A stretch of DNA of 64,000 nt from Octopus sinensis (lineage: Eukaryota). The stretch spans positions 18,414,001 through 18,478,000 of the forward strand of contig NC_043013.1 in the NCBI RefSeq assembly GCF_006345805.1. The letters run 5' to 3'. Shown here piece by piece: positions 1 to 13,643 of this stretch. Under the pieces are notes generated by a model that ran no database searches, was not told where the DNA came from, and saw only the letters and a list, made by a program, of their open reading frames with translations. How positions within the stretch are numbered: the first letter of the stretch is position 1; the number at the start of each line of letters is the position of its first letter. Both the position numbers and the translations under genes were made by a program.

Positions 1-39
1 AAGGGCTTCACTGTCTGTTTTGTTTATTATATATTTAGT

Positions 40-985
40 AGCAATCGTCTGTTCTTGGATAGCAAATACGTAGCCTTCGAAGTGTAGCGGTCACGAGTCC
101 AAGAACGGCTTCCTCTTCATGTCAATGTTACTATTTTCTTCAAGTCCTCGGGAAACATACCCATACATTATTGCTTTTTAATTTGCTGAGCGTTTCACAT
201 CCAGCTCTTCTCCGAGATATGTTATTCCGCCTGTTTGGAGTTATATGGAAGGTCATCAAGGGGAGAGTGCTTCCTGAGGTACACACTGCCCACACACAGG
301 ATGTTGTTCTCTTCACTTTTTGGCAAGTTAATATATTTATCTTTGCTACTGTTGTTTAGCAAATGCTGTCTGAGAGTGACTATACGATATTCGAAGGCTA
401 TCTACCCTGATCACAAGCATCTAACTCCTTTATCTCTTTTTAGAGCCTGACGATATCACTGTTTCTGTGGCGATTTCCAGTTGATGTCTATATCTTGCGG
501 GTTTTAAGGCGGTGAGGTGGCAGAAACGTTAGCACGGCGGGCGAAATGCGTAGCCGTATTTCGTCTGCCGTTACGTTCTGAGTTCAAATTCCACCGAGGT
601 CGACTTTGCTTTTCATCCTTTCGGGGTCGATAAATTAAGTACCAGTTACGCACTGGGGTCGATGTAATCGACTTAATCTGTTTGTCTGTCCTTGTTTGCC
701 CCCTCTGTGTTTAGCCCCTTGTGGGTAGTAAAGAAATATATATCTTGCGGGTTTTAACGTCTATGAAGTGGATTTCTTCTACAGACCAGCCACATATTCC
801 GAATGTTGTAATCAGCAGCAGTGGTACTGAAAATGCATTGTGGAATATTGTCTTCTAAGAAGAGAGTTCCGACTGCCATATTTTTCTAAGTTGGCATAAT
901 ATTCTCGAGTCACTCCACCCTTATTCACAGTATCTTCGTATGATATGTTTCCCCTAATACCCAGGTATTAGTTACATCAGTAGTA
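40..985 (-). mobile_element. Decayed R4/Dong-like non-LTR retrotransposon fragment (post-RT region), interrupted by a SINE at 508-738
   Basis: Minus-strand translation across frameshifts gives YLGI..., RKIWQSELSS, TFGICGWSVEEIHFIDVKTRKI, LKRDKGVRCL and EGYVFAIQEQTIATKY, matching the motif order in R4/Dong-type ORFs. Confidence 0.75.
508..738 (+). mobile_element. SINE family A, full length, with 19-bp TSD
   Basis: tRNA-like head (tggcagaaacg A-box-like, gagttcaaattcc B-box-like) and body gtcgactttgc...ggggtcgataaattaagtaccag; TSD tatatcttgcgggttttaa at 489-507 and 739-757. Confidence 0.95.
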
Positions 986-1477
986 ATCTTTGTGTGGGAT
1001 AGGAGAGATAGTGAGACCGTTGATGCACAGGTTTGGGGTCGCGGTACTGATTTTATCCGTTCCACAATCAAATATTAAAATTTCTTTTGGCCAAATTTAA
1101 CTCCTACGACAGCTGCAAACCTTGAACGCAGTCTCAGTGGAAACAAATATAATTTTAACCGTTCTGAAATTCAAACTTGATTTTTGAAAACCATTTCATA
1201 GAAATATTAAGTTAGTTCAAGTTAAAAAAAAGAAAAAAAAAACAAAAATTTTTCTTCGAGAATGAATCTAATATAAGGAAACTAACTATAACCTCATGTT
1301 CCATAGATTTTGTCCGGAAGGAAAGGATTTAACGAAAAAAAAAAAAAAAAATTGCTTCGCAGAGGCGTCTTCATTCCATGAAAAGTCTTTTACTGCCAAA
1401 GCATATTTTAAAAGCTAAAGAAATTCAAAAATATCAATTGTTCTCGCTGCTGATCTCATTTTTTAAATGGTTTCTAC

Positions 1478-1828
1478 TTGTTTCAGTCATTAGACTGCGG
1501 CCATGCTGGGGCACCACCTTGGGAGATTCGACCTCAGTACTTCTTCTTTAAAGCCTTGTATATGTTCTATCGGTCACTCTGGCCACACCGGTGCTGGTGT
1601 GGTTACGTAGACGTAAACACACCAGCACCGGTTGTCAGGCAATGGTGGGGAAAACACTCACACACACAAAAGATGGGCATCATTCAGTTATCGTCTAGCA
1701 GATCCACTCACAGGGCTTTGGTCGGCCCGAGGCTTGAGTAGAAAACACTTGCTCGAGGCGTCACGCAGTGGGACTGAACCCGGAACCACGAGGTTGGGAA
1801 GCAAGCTTCTTACCACAAAACCACGCCA
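1478..1828 (-). mobile_element. SINE family B (CORE-like), diverged
   Basis: Reverse complement of the gtggtaagaagcttgcttcccaac...ggttccgggttcagtcccactgcgt head and the gcagtc...tgactgaaacaag tail seen in other copies. Confidence 0.85.
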
Positions 1829-2099
1829 GAGCCTCATAATTTTCCAGCCATTACCCAGCTTCTTTGGTCTCCATATTTCTACTTCCGTTGCTATGCTTCG
1901 TACATGTTGCTGGTCCTACGAACTAAGGATGTTATAGGGTGTTTCAAATTTGTGCCACAGGATGGTGGATCCAGGCAGTATGGAAATACTTTGAGGATAT
2001 ATGCAATTTGTTGGGGTTACATCCCGTAGGGGCTGACTCTGTAAGCCAAGAAGCCATGCAAGAAGCACATATAGAATTTTGAATTTATTAATACATACA

Positions 2100-2549
2100 C
2101 CCACCAAGACCCACTCATTTACATATATGCATATACATATATTTATATGTATATATATATATGTATACATATATATAATTACGTATATAAATTATATATA
2201 ATATATACAGATTATATATACATATACAGTATATGATATATTCCATAAATTACACGCAGACACACACACACACATACACATGCACACCCCCACACGCACA
2301 CATATATGTACATATATACATATATGCATATATATATGTATGCAATTATATATAAATATGTATATATGCGTATATATATGTATATATATATACATGAATA
2401 TGTATGTGTATATATATATATAAATATATATATGTATGTATATATACAATAAATATATATGTGCATATATATACATATACATACATATATAACTACATGC
2501 ATCCACACACACACACACACATGGATACATACATATACATAAACACATA

Positions 2550-2638
<89 letters not shown>

Positions 2639-2640
2639 CT
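2100..2640. repeat. Compound (TA)n/(CA)n/(TACA)n microsatellite
   Basis: Direct reading. Confidence 0.95.
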
Positions 2641-3299
2641 ATGAAGTGATCAGATATTACTGCTGTATTTTGTAGCGGAAATATTAAAATAAGAAGAAAA
2701 TGGCTAAAATGAGAGATATAGCAATTTTTCTTATCTGCAATTGTGCGCATCCGTTATTAAAGCGGAAGACTTTAATTCCTGATAAGGGAGTCAGCCAGAA
2801 TCGACCATTCATTTATAGTTGCTAAAGAGCATTACTATCTGGACGTAGAAAATATCGACAACACTCTGCGTGTCTAAGTGTGTCTATGAGCGTGTGTGTA
2901 TACACGTTCATTTATACAAGTGTCTGTGTATGTAAGTATATGTGAAACGAAAAAGGTACTTTTTACACAGATTTTCGAAATGCGTTTTTGAGAATATATT
3001 TTTTATTGTGAAAATTTTTTAAGACAACTGTATTAAAATCTGAAGTTCTTAAATTTACATCTTCAGGCTCCGCAGCAACTTAAAATTTTGAATAATGAGC
3101 GAAAAATCAATTTTATAACACGTTTGCCGTTCCTCATTTTATTTTTTACATTCATTATTACGAATCAATTTTCGTTTGAGAAATTTTTTAAAAACAAGAG
3201 TGCTAAAATCTCAAGCTCTAAAATTTATATCTTCAAGCTCTACAAAGCACTTGAAATTTCAAAATTATGTGAAATAAATAGACTTTTCGACAAACTTTT

Positions 3300-4194
3300 T
3301 GATGACAAATTCCATTTCGCAGAATTTGAAAAAATCATACAGTTTCAGCTGAAGAATTGGCAGGCAAGCTTCGTTCAAGCCATACAGCTGTTCGCCGACA
3401 TCTTCAGCAACTTGGAAAGGTTTCAAAACTCGGAAAATGAGTGCCTCATGGTTTGTTTGAAGCCAATCGCAAATCCTCGAGCGGACACCTCTTCACTTCG
3501 TTCTCGCGAACTCACCTCGCCGCTTTTGGACAGACTGGTGACTGGTGAGGAATAATGGGTCTTTTATCAAAATGTTAAGCATCGTAGACATTGGCTTAGT
3601 GAAGAGGATAAAGGCCCAACCACAACCGAAAAGAGAACTCCATGTGAAAAAGGTTCTTCTCTCTGTTTGCAAAGGAGCCATCCATTTTGATTGCTATCAA
3701 CTAATGAAACAATCAATGCTCAAATCTACTGTCAGAAATTAGAGTGTTTGAACGCGGCTTTGAAGAAAAAAGGGCCTGCTTTAGGGAATTGAAAGTGAGT
3801 GGTGTTTCATCAGGACAATGCAAGACCCATACTGCAAAAATCACGTGACAGAAAATTGAGGAGGAACTTGTCTGGGAGAAAATTGCTCGTCTGTCTTATT
3901 CCCCGGACCTCGCTGCTTCAAATTATCATTTGTTCCGTACTTTACAGAATCATTTCGATGGATTAACTCTCGATACAACTGAGGAAGTCGAAACTGACCT
4001 TGCAGAGTTCTTCTCTTTGAAACCTAAAGAGGTTTTCACTAATGGGATTAAAAAAGCTAACGAGTAGATGGAAAGATGTCCTAGATAATCATGGAAACTA
4101 TACTGACGATTAAATCTCATTAAAATATAAGATTTGACCACTTACTTGTTTTCCTTATTTAAAATCCGAACATTACTTATGGGATGACCTGATA
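3300..4194 (+). pseudogene. Mariner-family transposase pseudogene with right terminal inverted repeat (TIR)
   Basis: Frameshifted translation ELAGKLRSSHTAVRRHLQQLGKVSKLGK*VPH (WVPHEL motif), LDRLVTGEE, FHQDNARPH, YSPDLAASNYHLF, ending NHGNYTDD*; terminus cttatgggatgacctgata followed by TA; left TIR not found. Confidence 0.9.
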
Positions 4195-4604
4195 TACATA
4201 CGTATGTGTATGTGTGTGTGTGTATGTGTACATATAAATTTGTTGTGCAATACATGGATTCATAGAATCGTGTGGTTACCATAGAAAGCTCTGCTAGCGG
4301 ACTCGGCTGCGAGACCACATAATAGTTCAATACAGAGGAGCATCTGCAGAGTTTCATGTAGCTAAAATCCAGGAGATCCGCTCAATGAAACTATTTCATG
4401 TATATGTAAGCCATAAAAAGGTATCAGAGGTAAATATATTAGTAGCAGTCATATTAATGCAGAAATATAAGCATTATCTATTATACGCTGAAATTATTAT
4501 ATGAAGAAGGATGCGAAACGGCCGTAATCCGAAGGATGACAAGTAGTTAAATAAATACATTCGCATTTGATACTTCCTGACTTTTTATGGTTTATTTATA
4601 TCAA

Positions 4605-4805
<201 letters not shown>

Positions 4806-5122
4806 ATTAATATAACGTGCATAAAGTATGTGTGTCGTTGAAAAGCGAAGAACTTCGGTTTTCTTCTACGGAAAATGTATGTAACAGACGCATTGCATTA
4901 AAAGATGCAATATTCTTCAGCGCCTGGCGTAAAGAAATCACCTCAGAAACAGCCAAAGAGCAACAGATAAGTATTTCCCCGTTGTTGTGGTTTCTCAGTG
5001 TAACATACTCCAGTCATTTCTGAAACGAAATTGAATCAGCCATTTTGATGCATATAAAAATAGTATACAAACTACACCTTTACAAACCATTGCATAGTTT
5101 GTGCATTATCTCTATATACTAA

Positions 5123-5263
5123 GGTGGCGAGCTGGCAGAATCGTTAGCACGCCGGGCGAAATGCTTAGCGGTATTTCGTCTGCCGTTACGTTGTGAGTTC
5201 AAATTCCGCCGAGGTCGACTTTGCCTTTCATCCTTTTGGGGTCGATAAATTAAGTACCAGTTA
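5123..5263 (+). mobile_element. SINE family A, 3'-truncated
   Basis: Head and body match 508-738; the match stops at gtaccagtta. Confidence 0.9.
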
Positions 5264-5685
5264 GCCAGAAATCCTAAAACAACTGAGCAATTATGGAATG
5301 CCCTTCTGGAAGAATGGAATAAGATCACCCAGCAAGAAATTGAAAATTTAATTTCCTCATGCAGTCGAAGATGTCAGAGTGTGATTGAAGCTAAAGGGCT
5401 TCACACTAAATATTAAATAATTCCAGTATTCTCTGTCATTTTGATTATTTGGTTATTTTTTCATCCGTTCTGATCATTTTAGCCGTCATGGGTTTTGCAG
5501 TAAATCACTAAATCATCCATAACTTTTGTATTATCCTCTCAAATTACACCAAAATCTCAGACAATAACAATTAATATTGTATTTATTGTCTGTGAAAATT
5601 ATAGAAAATTAAACAACTTTGATAAAAACTTATAACTACTTTTCTGACGAAAACAATGCCGTTCTGAACATTTCGGCCGCAACTG
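5264..5685 (+). mobile_element. Tc1-like transposon 3' end (transposase C-terminus and TIR)
   Basis: ARNPKTTEQLWNALLEEWNKITQQEIENLISSCSRRCQSVIEAKGLHTKY* is a typical Tc1 C-terminus; the end cggccgcaactg (reverse complement CAGTTGCGG) is followed by TA. Confidence 0.85.
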
Positions 5686-5701
5686 TATATTGTAAGTAAA
5701 A

Positions 5702-5867
<166 letters not shown>

Positions 5868-6569
5868 ATAGATAAAAGTACAGGCATACATATACAGAAA
5901 CAACATGTACATGTAGACAGACACGCACACACGTACACATTTACGTAAATGTACATGGAGACACATGGAACGGTCACAAGTGAGAAATCACAAGACACAA
6001 TTACTAAACCAGTTCAGTGTTAGTTCCGTTATAGAAATGGTTATAAATATCAACAATCGAAAGAAAAATTCTTTGGATGTGTGTTCTGTTTGTTTTTCTT
6101 TATATATTTTGGCAACCATTTTTATGTGCGCACATGTTCCACACTTTGCATCTACAACATCAACATCAAGAAAAAGCAACAGTAAACAGAACAACAGCAT
6201 ACAAAGCAACAACAACAACAACAACAACAGCATAAAAAAACAACAACAAGTGCAATAACAGCAGCAGCAGCAGTAGCGGCAGCAACAACAGCAGAAAAAT
6301 ACCAGAATGGATGAACGACAATAAGAAAGGAAAGAAAATTCTTAGATTTGTCTTGCGATCATTTATCATGATTCTTTGGATTCCTTTTCAGAGAGAAAGA
6401 GAGACAGTTGATTCCTTCCACTCTTCTACCCAACGCCAATCCCTCCATGTCCACCCCCACCAACACTCTCAAACTCGATAATGTAGCTTTCACACCAGAA
6501 ACTAAGCAAGAAAGAGTAAAGAGAATAGAATGACATTTACACCAAACACTTGTGGCTTTTACATAGATA

Positions 6570-6691
6570 CACATACACTCACACACATTATATATATACA
6601 CATATATATATATATATGTATGTGTATGTATGTATGTATGTATGTATGTATGTATGTATGTATCTGTCTCTCTCTATATATACATATATAC

Positions 6692-6740
<49 letters not shown>

Positions 6741-6852
6741 ATATATATATATGTATGTATGCATCTCTCTCTCTATATATATATACATATATATACAATA
6801 TATATATATATATATACATACACATACATATACGTATATATGTATATATATA

Positions 6853-6893
<41 letters not shown>

Positions 6894-7206
6894 TATATAT
6901 ATATACATACACACACACTCACACAAATACATATATATATATACACACACACTTACACAATATATATGCATAAATGTGTACATAAGCCTACATGTATAGA
7001 TGAATGCCTACATATCGTATAAATGCATGTTGGCATTATATATATATATGTGCGTGTATATATATATATATATACACGCACATACGCACATACACACACA
7101 CGCACGCACGCACACACACATGAATGAGTGTTTTTATTGTTCTTTTTAATAAACTGTTTCTTTAATCTTCCTAAGATTTCTGCCTAAAATGAAGACCCAC
7201 TGCTTG

Positions 7207-7303
<97 letters not shown>

Positions 7304-7598
7304 ACTCAACACTGTACCTCCCCATCCCATATACAAGTATTTTGTAAGTGATTAATGTTTTCATCGGAATGGCGGCAACTGTAGCCGCCATACTTATTCT
7401 CAATGTTTACTGTAACGCATAACCACCTGAAAACATCAATACATAAGTATAACCACATAACCACATCAACATAACGGAGGCTGTCATCATGATTATCCTC
7501 ATTTTTTTACCCTGTTTCACGAATATCTTTATTTGGGAAGCTAAACTAAGTTAACCACTAAACCTTTCCAACGCTTATTATGGTACGCCTTGGCGCGT

Positions 7599-7691
<93 letters not shown>

Positions 7692-7907
7692 ATATATAAT
7701 AATATATATATGTATATATATGTATATATATATATATCTATATATATACATACATACACAAATACATACAACTATAAATATATATATATATATATATATG
7801 GATGTATACATGCAGAGTATATATGAATGATATATTTACATAATATATAATAATTATAATCCATTGTGTACATATGACATACATATGTATATGTATATAT
7901 ATATATA

Positions 7908-7963
<56 letters not shown>

Positions 7964-8005
7964 TATATGTATATATATATATATATATATATAATGTATA
8001 TATAT
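6570..8005. repeat. Microsatellite-dense block: (TA)n, (TATG)n, (CA)n, (CTAT)n
   Basis: Direct reading, with short unique spacers. Confidence 0.9.
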
Positions 8006-8379
8006 ACGCACACAAAGATGAATACACCACAAACACTAAACGTTTGCTACTTTTCCTCGACCTCCAGGGTGCATGTCACATCCCCCCCTCACCTTTACTC
8101 ATATTTATGTTGTTGCGTGTTTTCTTTGATAACAATCAGAAGCTCCTATCTTTTTAACTTAGTCAAAACCACAACAAAATTCTCCGATTCTTCCGAGTAA
8201 ATAAGCAGCATTCTTCCCAGAATACTTCCCAGAATAACGTTATTCTATCCTAATTGTAGTGGTTTCATATGTTAATGATGTTTGCCTTCGTTTTACACCA
8301 CGAAACAATTTGATAGAAATAAAGATATCTCGTTCTATGATTTACTACCTCCATTTCTGTAGCTCTCTGATTTGGTAGC

Positions 8380-8980
8380 CGAATTTAAACTTGTATCGCC
8401 ACTTCGTCTGCCGCTACGCTCTGAGTTCAAATTCTGCAGAGGTCCACTTTGTCTTTCATCCTTTCGGGGTCGGTTACTTAAGTACCTGTTGAGCACTAGG
8501 CGCGATGTAATTGACCATCCCCCTCCCAGAAATGTCAGGACTTGAGACTATAGTAAAAAGGATTATTTTCATTTCATATTTTATTAAAGCTTTAGTTTGC
8601 TTATTGTATAACCTCACCCTTCCACATATTTTTGGTGTATAATTTCGCCCAACACCACATCCATTCCAGCTATGATTCAAACTCTTATCAATAAAACAGT
8701 AATAGTGCCCCAGCATGGCCGTAGTCTACTGACTAAAACAAGTAAAATATAATTACTGTTACCATGTGGAGAGCTGGCAGAATCGTTAGCACGCGGGTAA
8801 AATGTTTAGTGGCATTTCATCTGTCTCTACGTTCTGAGTTCAAATTCCACTGTAGTTAACTTTGCCTTTCATCCTTTCTGGGTCGATAAATTAAGTACCA
8901 GTGAAATACTGGGGGTTGATGTAATCGACTTATTCCCACCCCCAAAATTTCAGGCCTTGTACCCTATAGTAGAAAGGATT
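8380..8980 (+). mobile_element. Two diverged SINE family A copies (about 8380-8560 and 8765-8980)
   Basis: ctgagttcaaatt...ctttcatcctttc.gggtcg body and tcaggccttg...atagtagaaagg tail. Confidence 0.8.
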
Positions 8981-9074
8981 ACAATAATCCCTTATCATGT
9001 CGTGGTTCACTTATCGCTGTTTATTAATTTAAGGTTACGTCGATTCCGCCGTGCCGCGTTTATTTATAATAAAA

Positions 9075-9466
9075 CTAGCAGTATTGTCCGGCGTTGCTCG
9101 GGTTTGTTTCGACCCCTTAGAATTGGAATTTTTGAAAAGTAAAAATTTTGCATTATGTAGCTTTTTATTCTCTTTAAGTGAACATTTTTCTGGTTGAAAT
9201 ACACCGAAAAATGGCGACACTGCAGTCACAAAATCGTAAAAAATTACGGATTTTCATAGAAAAAAAGCATCTTTTTGATGTAAATAGTTCTTGGTGTTAA
9301 CATGGTCCGATTTGAATTTTTCTCTTTTACGGAATGAAGAGCAAGCCTTCTTCTATCATACTCTCAATTTTGGTCAACTTGCGCTGCAGGATCTCGGAGA
9401 AGATAGTGTTAGTTGAAGGCTACCAAACCTGCCATACACAGACAACTGCAGCTTTATATATATAGA
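9075..9466 (-). mobile_element. Non-autonomous Helitron
   Basis: Minus strand starts A|TCTATATATATAAAG and ends cccgagcaacgccgga...ctgCTAG|T; A-T target, no TSD, GC-rich subterminal hairpin. Confidence 0.85.
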
Positions 9467-9509
9467 TAAATATATACAAATTATAAAAACAACAGCAAAA
9501 AATATACAG

Positions 9510-9593
9510 TACAGTACTGTTTTTACTTCACGGTTTTTCACCTATCACATGGGGATTTATATCCTAACACCCGCGATAGTCGAGGGATTACTG
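9510..9593 (-). mobile_element. Tigger/pogo-like terminal fragment
   Basis: Reverse complement cagtaatccctcgactatcgcgggtg...gataggtgaaaaaccgtgaag resembles Tigger-type ends; only one end is present. Confidence 0.45.
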
Positions 9594-9611
9594 TGTTATT
9601 ACTATCATTAA

Positions 9612-10060
9612 GATGGTGAGCTGGCAGAATCGTTAGCAGACCGGGCAACATGCTAAGTAGCATTTCGTCCGTCATTACGTTCTGTGTTCAAATTCCGCCG
9701 AGGTCGACTTTGCCTTTCATCCTTTCGGGGTCGATAAATTAAGTACCAGTTGAACACTGGGGTCGATGTAGTCGACTCCTCCTCTCCCTCAAAATTACTG
9801 CCCTTGTGGCAAAATTAGAAACCATTATTATTATTATTAATGCAGCGAGCTGGCAGAAAAAACGTTAGCACGCTGGGTGAAATGCTTAGTGGTATTTCGT
9901 CTGTCTTTACGTTCTGAGTTCAAATTCCGCCGAGGTCGACTTCGCTTTTTATCCTTTCGGGGTCGATAAATTAGATACCAGTGAAACACTGGAGCCGATG
10001 TAATCAACAGGTCTCCTCCTCCCTAAATTTCAGGCCTTGTGCCTTTACTAGAAAGGTTTA
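9612..10060 (+). mobile_element. Two adjacent SINE family A copies with (ATT)n tails
   Basis: Heads at about 9612 and 9840, both with the family body. Confidence 0.9.
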
Positions 10061-10112
<52 letters not shown>

Positions 10113-10543
10113 CATCATCATCATTATTATTGCATTTCTTTTGTCTCTTGAAGATTTTGAAAAATCAGAAATCCTGAAAATGACTTGAAATATAAAATTG
10201 AAATGAAAAATAATACACCAATAAATAAAAGAAATATTCATAAAATTTAATTTTACAAATTTTCTAAACCAGAACTGAAAGTTACAACGTTTTGTATACG
10301 TTTTTATGCAAACGATGCACCTGAAGTTAGAAACATAGGTAATGGGTGTATAAGCATTTTCAAGAGTTATCGTCTCTTTTGTAACTTTTAGTGATTGCTC
10401 TGAATTCAACAGAAAATCTGCAGAGATAAACTTACAAAGAACATCGCACTGCTAACACGAAAGTAAGTTACAATATTGACTTATAAACCTGTAATATACT
10501 TGGCAGTATAATATGGTTGCAAAACTATAAATGATATATATAT

Positions 10544-10699
10544 ATGGCTGTGTAGTAAGAAGCTTGCTTCGCAGCCACGTGGTTCCGGGTTCAGTCCCAC
10601 TGCGTAGCGCCTTGGGTAAGTGTCTTCTGCTATAGCTTCAGGTCGACTAAAACCTTGTGATTGGATTTGGTAGACGGAAACTGAAAAGAAGCCCATGTG

Positions 10700-10788
<89 letters not shown>

Positions 10789-10998
10789 GTGTGTGTCTCT
10801 GTATGTGTTTTTGTATAAGTGTTTGTTCTCCACCACTGTTTGATAACCGGTGTTGATGTGTTTGCGTCCCCATAACTCAATGGTTCGACAAAAGATAACG
10901 ATAAAATAAGTATTAGGTTCTAAAAAATACTGGGCGATTCAAGGCTGGTGCTCCAGTATGACCACAGTCTAATTAATGACTGAAACAAGTGAAAGATA
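10544..10998 (+). mobile_element. SINE family B with internal (TA)n expansion
   Basis: ggttccgggttcagtcccactgcgt head, ccttgggtaagtgtc CORE-like motif, tgactgaaacaag tail. Confidence 0.9.
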
Positions 10999-11279
10999 AA
11001 CTAGAGGCAAAAATAATGCTAAAACTAATTAACGAAAAACATCTCGGATTTAAAATGAATATTGAAGTTTACATTATTTTAATTTGGGGAGCCGTGATTC
11101 GAAACCGTTTTATTTGCGTTATTTCTCTGAAAATTGATGTTTTAACATTGCAAACAAGAAACTACCTTATTCAATTAGACATTGCCATATGTTACCAATA
11201 TTTGTCATCTGAGAACTTAGAACTAATTACGATTTCTGTTAGAAAGTTGATTTTATTAAGAATTATAATGAAACCTTAT

Positions 11280-11313
<34 letters not shown>

Positions 11314-11554
11314 TATACACACACACAAATATACACACACAAACAAGCATGCTCACGCACACACATACACACACAGAGAAACACATTCACATACAAACAC
11401 ACAAATATTTATATAGACATATGTACACACACACAACGACACGCGCACAATGTACACGCATATTGTCACACACACACACACACACTCCCTTTGCATACAT
11501 GCCCCACCCCTATCAAAAGATGAATTGAAATAAAACAGTTGTAGTAATAATCCT

Positions 11555-11715
11555 TTCTATTAATAGGCACAAGGCCTGAAATTTTTTTTGGGGGAGGGGA
11601 CTAGTCGATTACATCAACCCCCCAGTGTTTCACTGGTACTTATTTTACCGACCCTGAAAGGATGAAAGACAAAGTCGACCTCGGCGGAATTTGAACTCGG
11701 AAAATAGCGATGGAC
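11555..11715 (-). mobile_element. SINE family A fragment
   Basis: Reverse complement of the family body and tail. Confidence 0.85.
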
Positions 11716-11719
11716 AAAA

Positions 11720-13175
11720 TACCTATCTAATGTTACTTGTTGTAGCCCGATGTTAGGATTTTTTCTTCTCCAACATGTTCAGTGTATATGAAAATAATTG
11801 GGAGGCAGCACTTCTCTCTCAACCCTCATCTTCCTTTCCAAGTGAAATTTGGAAAAGTTGATGAGGGATTGGCGGAAGAGGAAAGTGTTTGTCTTCAGTC
11901 CTTTCAACCTGGTCTACCATACAACCTCTTTCGCTACTGCTATAAGACAGGAACATTTTCTGCCCTTCTGGACCAATGGAAGGCAGCGGATTGATTTTTC
12001 ACTATGGAATCGGTCGATAGCCGGATCCGTCATATTAGTGATAACAGTTGTTCAACATAACTCCATAAGCCAGTAACGCAAGGACACTGGACGAGTGCGT
12101 GCAGAACGGTTCCGTCGCTCTGCACGCAGGTCTGTCTGACAGCACTTCCGTGCCTGTAGAGTTTATCTCTAACCGGCAGTGCCCCCCGGTAGTACTGCCA
12201 AGCTAGGGATTTTGGAAGTTATTCATCGTCCCCGACTCCTGAACAGAATGATCAGTTCGACTTCGTCAACGCTTGGCGCCTCTCCAAGTGCGGCATCACT
12301 CTTTCCTTCCGCTATCCCTCTATAGAACTCGAGAATGGATGTTCCACTGATCTCATTGCCAGACTGGTAGAGTGCAGTGAGTGCCTGGCAACATTCCAGA
12401 TGCCAATCGCCCTGTCTCGGTCTCTTCTTGACCCAGGACTGCAGCTCCGTCAAGGAGTCGAGCTGGGGAAAGGCCTGTTTGAGAAACGTTTACCGTTTAG
12501 GCAGAATATCTGGAGATGCCGCAACCTCAGCGCATGTCTGCGCATCATTGACCACGGTATGCCCAGCCCTCTGCGTAGAAGATGTTGGCAGCAGATGGAC
12601 TGTTTCAGAAATGAAACTGGTTCCTTCCATAAGAATTTGAAGAGGAGGCGCTCCAACTTGGAGAGGCACAAACGAGGACAAGGCCCAACGGCAGTAAATG
12701 AGGGACGCAATGAACGCATTTGCCACCCACACCCGACATTTCAGTAACAGTTTCCTCGTAGACAATTTCTGGGTGAGACTGGCTACCCTGCTCGTCACCT
12801 CGTCCCATTTCTTATCCACCTGGAGATCTGGTCCGAACCAAACCTCAATCAACTTTACCGGTCTGTCCGCCCAGCACCCAATGACGCTTTTGGACGACAT
12901 GGACTTGCCTCTTCAGGTGCTGAGTTGCAAGCCCACTGACTTTTTCGGGTTGTTTTGCCCCCGTCAACTTTTCATATTCCTCCAATGATGTGCCGACCAC
13001 CTCGATTTCTGAGGTGTCCGACACCATCACGGTGATGTCATCCGCATACGCCGACACTGCCCTTCCACGTTCCGGTTCAAGCGGGATGCTCTGCAGCAGC
13101 TCCAACTTCCGCAGTAAAGGCTCAAGAATCAATACGTTCAGAAGAGAGGAGACGCATCCCAGAAGCCACCAAATA
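11720..13175 (-). mobile_element. Decayed L1/Tx1-clade LINE ORF2 fragment (RT to C-terminus)
   Basis: LLGCVSSLLNVLILEPLLRKL, AYADDITV, VWFGPDL, KLERLLFKFLW, GLGIPW, and a decayed CxxC...HxLxxC zinc-knuckle region. Confidence 0.85.
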
Positions 13176-13283
13176 TCAAATCCTGGTGGGATCCTAGGAA
13201 TGCGGACACGTGCTGTACGTTTCCCATGTGGGAGCGGTACATAATGACTTTGTTGATTTTGCAAGGGATCATTGAATGTTTGA

Positions 13284-13643
13284 GTGGAGGCGCAATGGCC
13301 CAGTGGTTAGGGCAGCGAACTCGCGGTTTCGATTCCCAGACCGGGCGTTGTGAGTGTTTATTGAGCGAAAACACCTAAAGCTCCACGAGGCTCCGGCAGG
13401 GGATGGTGGTGATCCCTGCTGTACTCTTTCAACACACTTACTTCCTGTTTCTGTTGTACCTGTATTTCAAAGGGCCGGCCTTGTCACTCTCTGTGTCACG
13501 CTGAATATCCCCGAGAACTACGTTAAGGGTACACGTGTCTGTGGAGTGCTCAGCCACTTACACGTTAATTTCACGAGCAGGCTGTTCCGTTGATTCGGAT
13601 CAACCGGAACCCTAGTCGTCGTAACCGACGGAGTGCTTCCATC
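13284..13643 (+). mobile_element. SINE family C with 14-bp TSD
   Basis: tRNA-like head ggcccagtggttagggcagc...ggtttcgattcc; tail cgtcgtaaccgacggagtgc; TSD cattgaatgtttga at 13270-13283 and 13644-13657. Confidence 0.9.

Noticed and set aside
3088-3555. 155-aa ORF as a host gene
   Set aside because: It overlaps the decayed mariner; only its last residues (LDRLVTGEE) are in the transposase frame
13284-13345. Functional tRNA genes at SINE heads
   Set aside because: The heads have A/B-box-like motifs but continue into SINE bodies and do not give a complete cloverleaf
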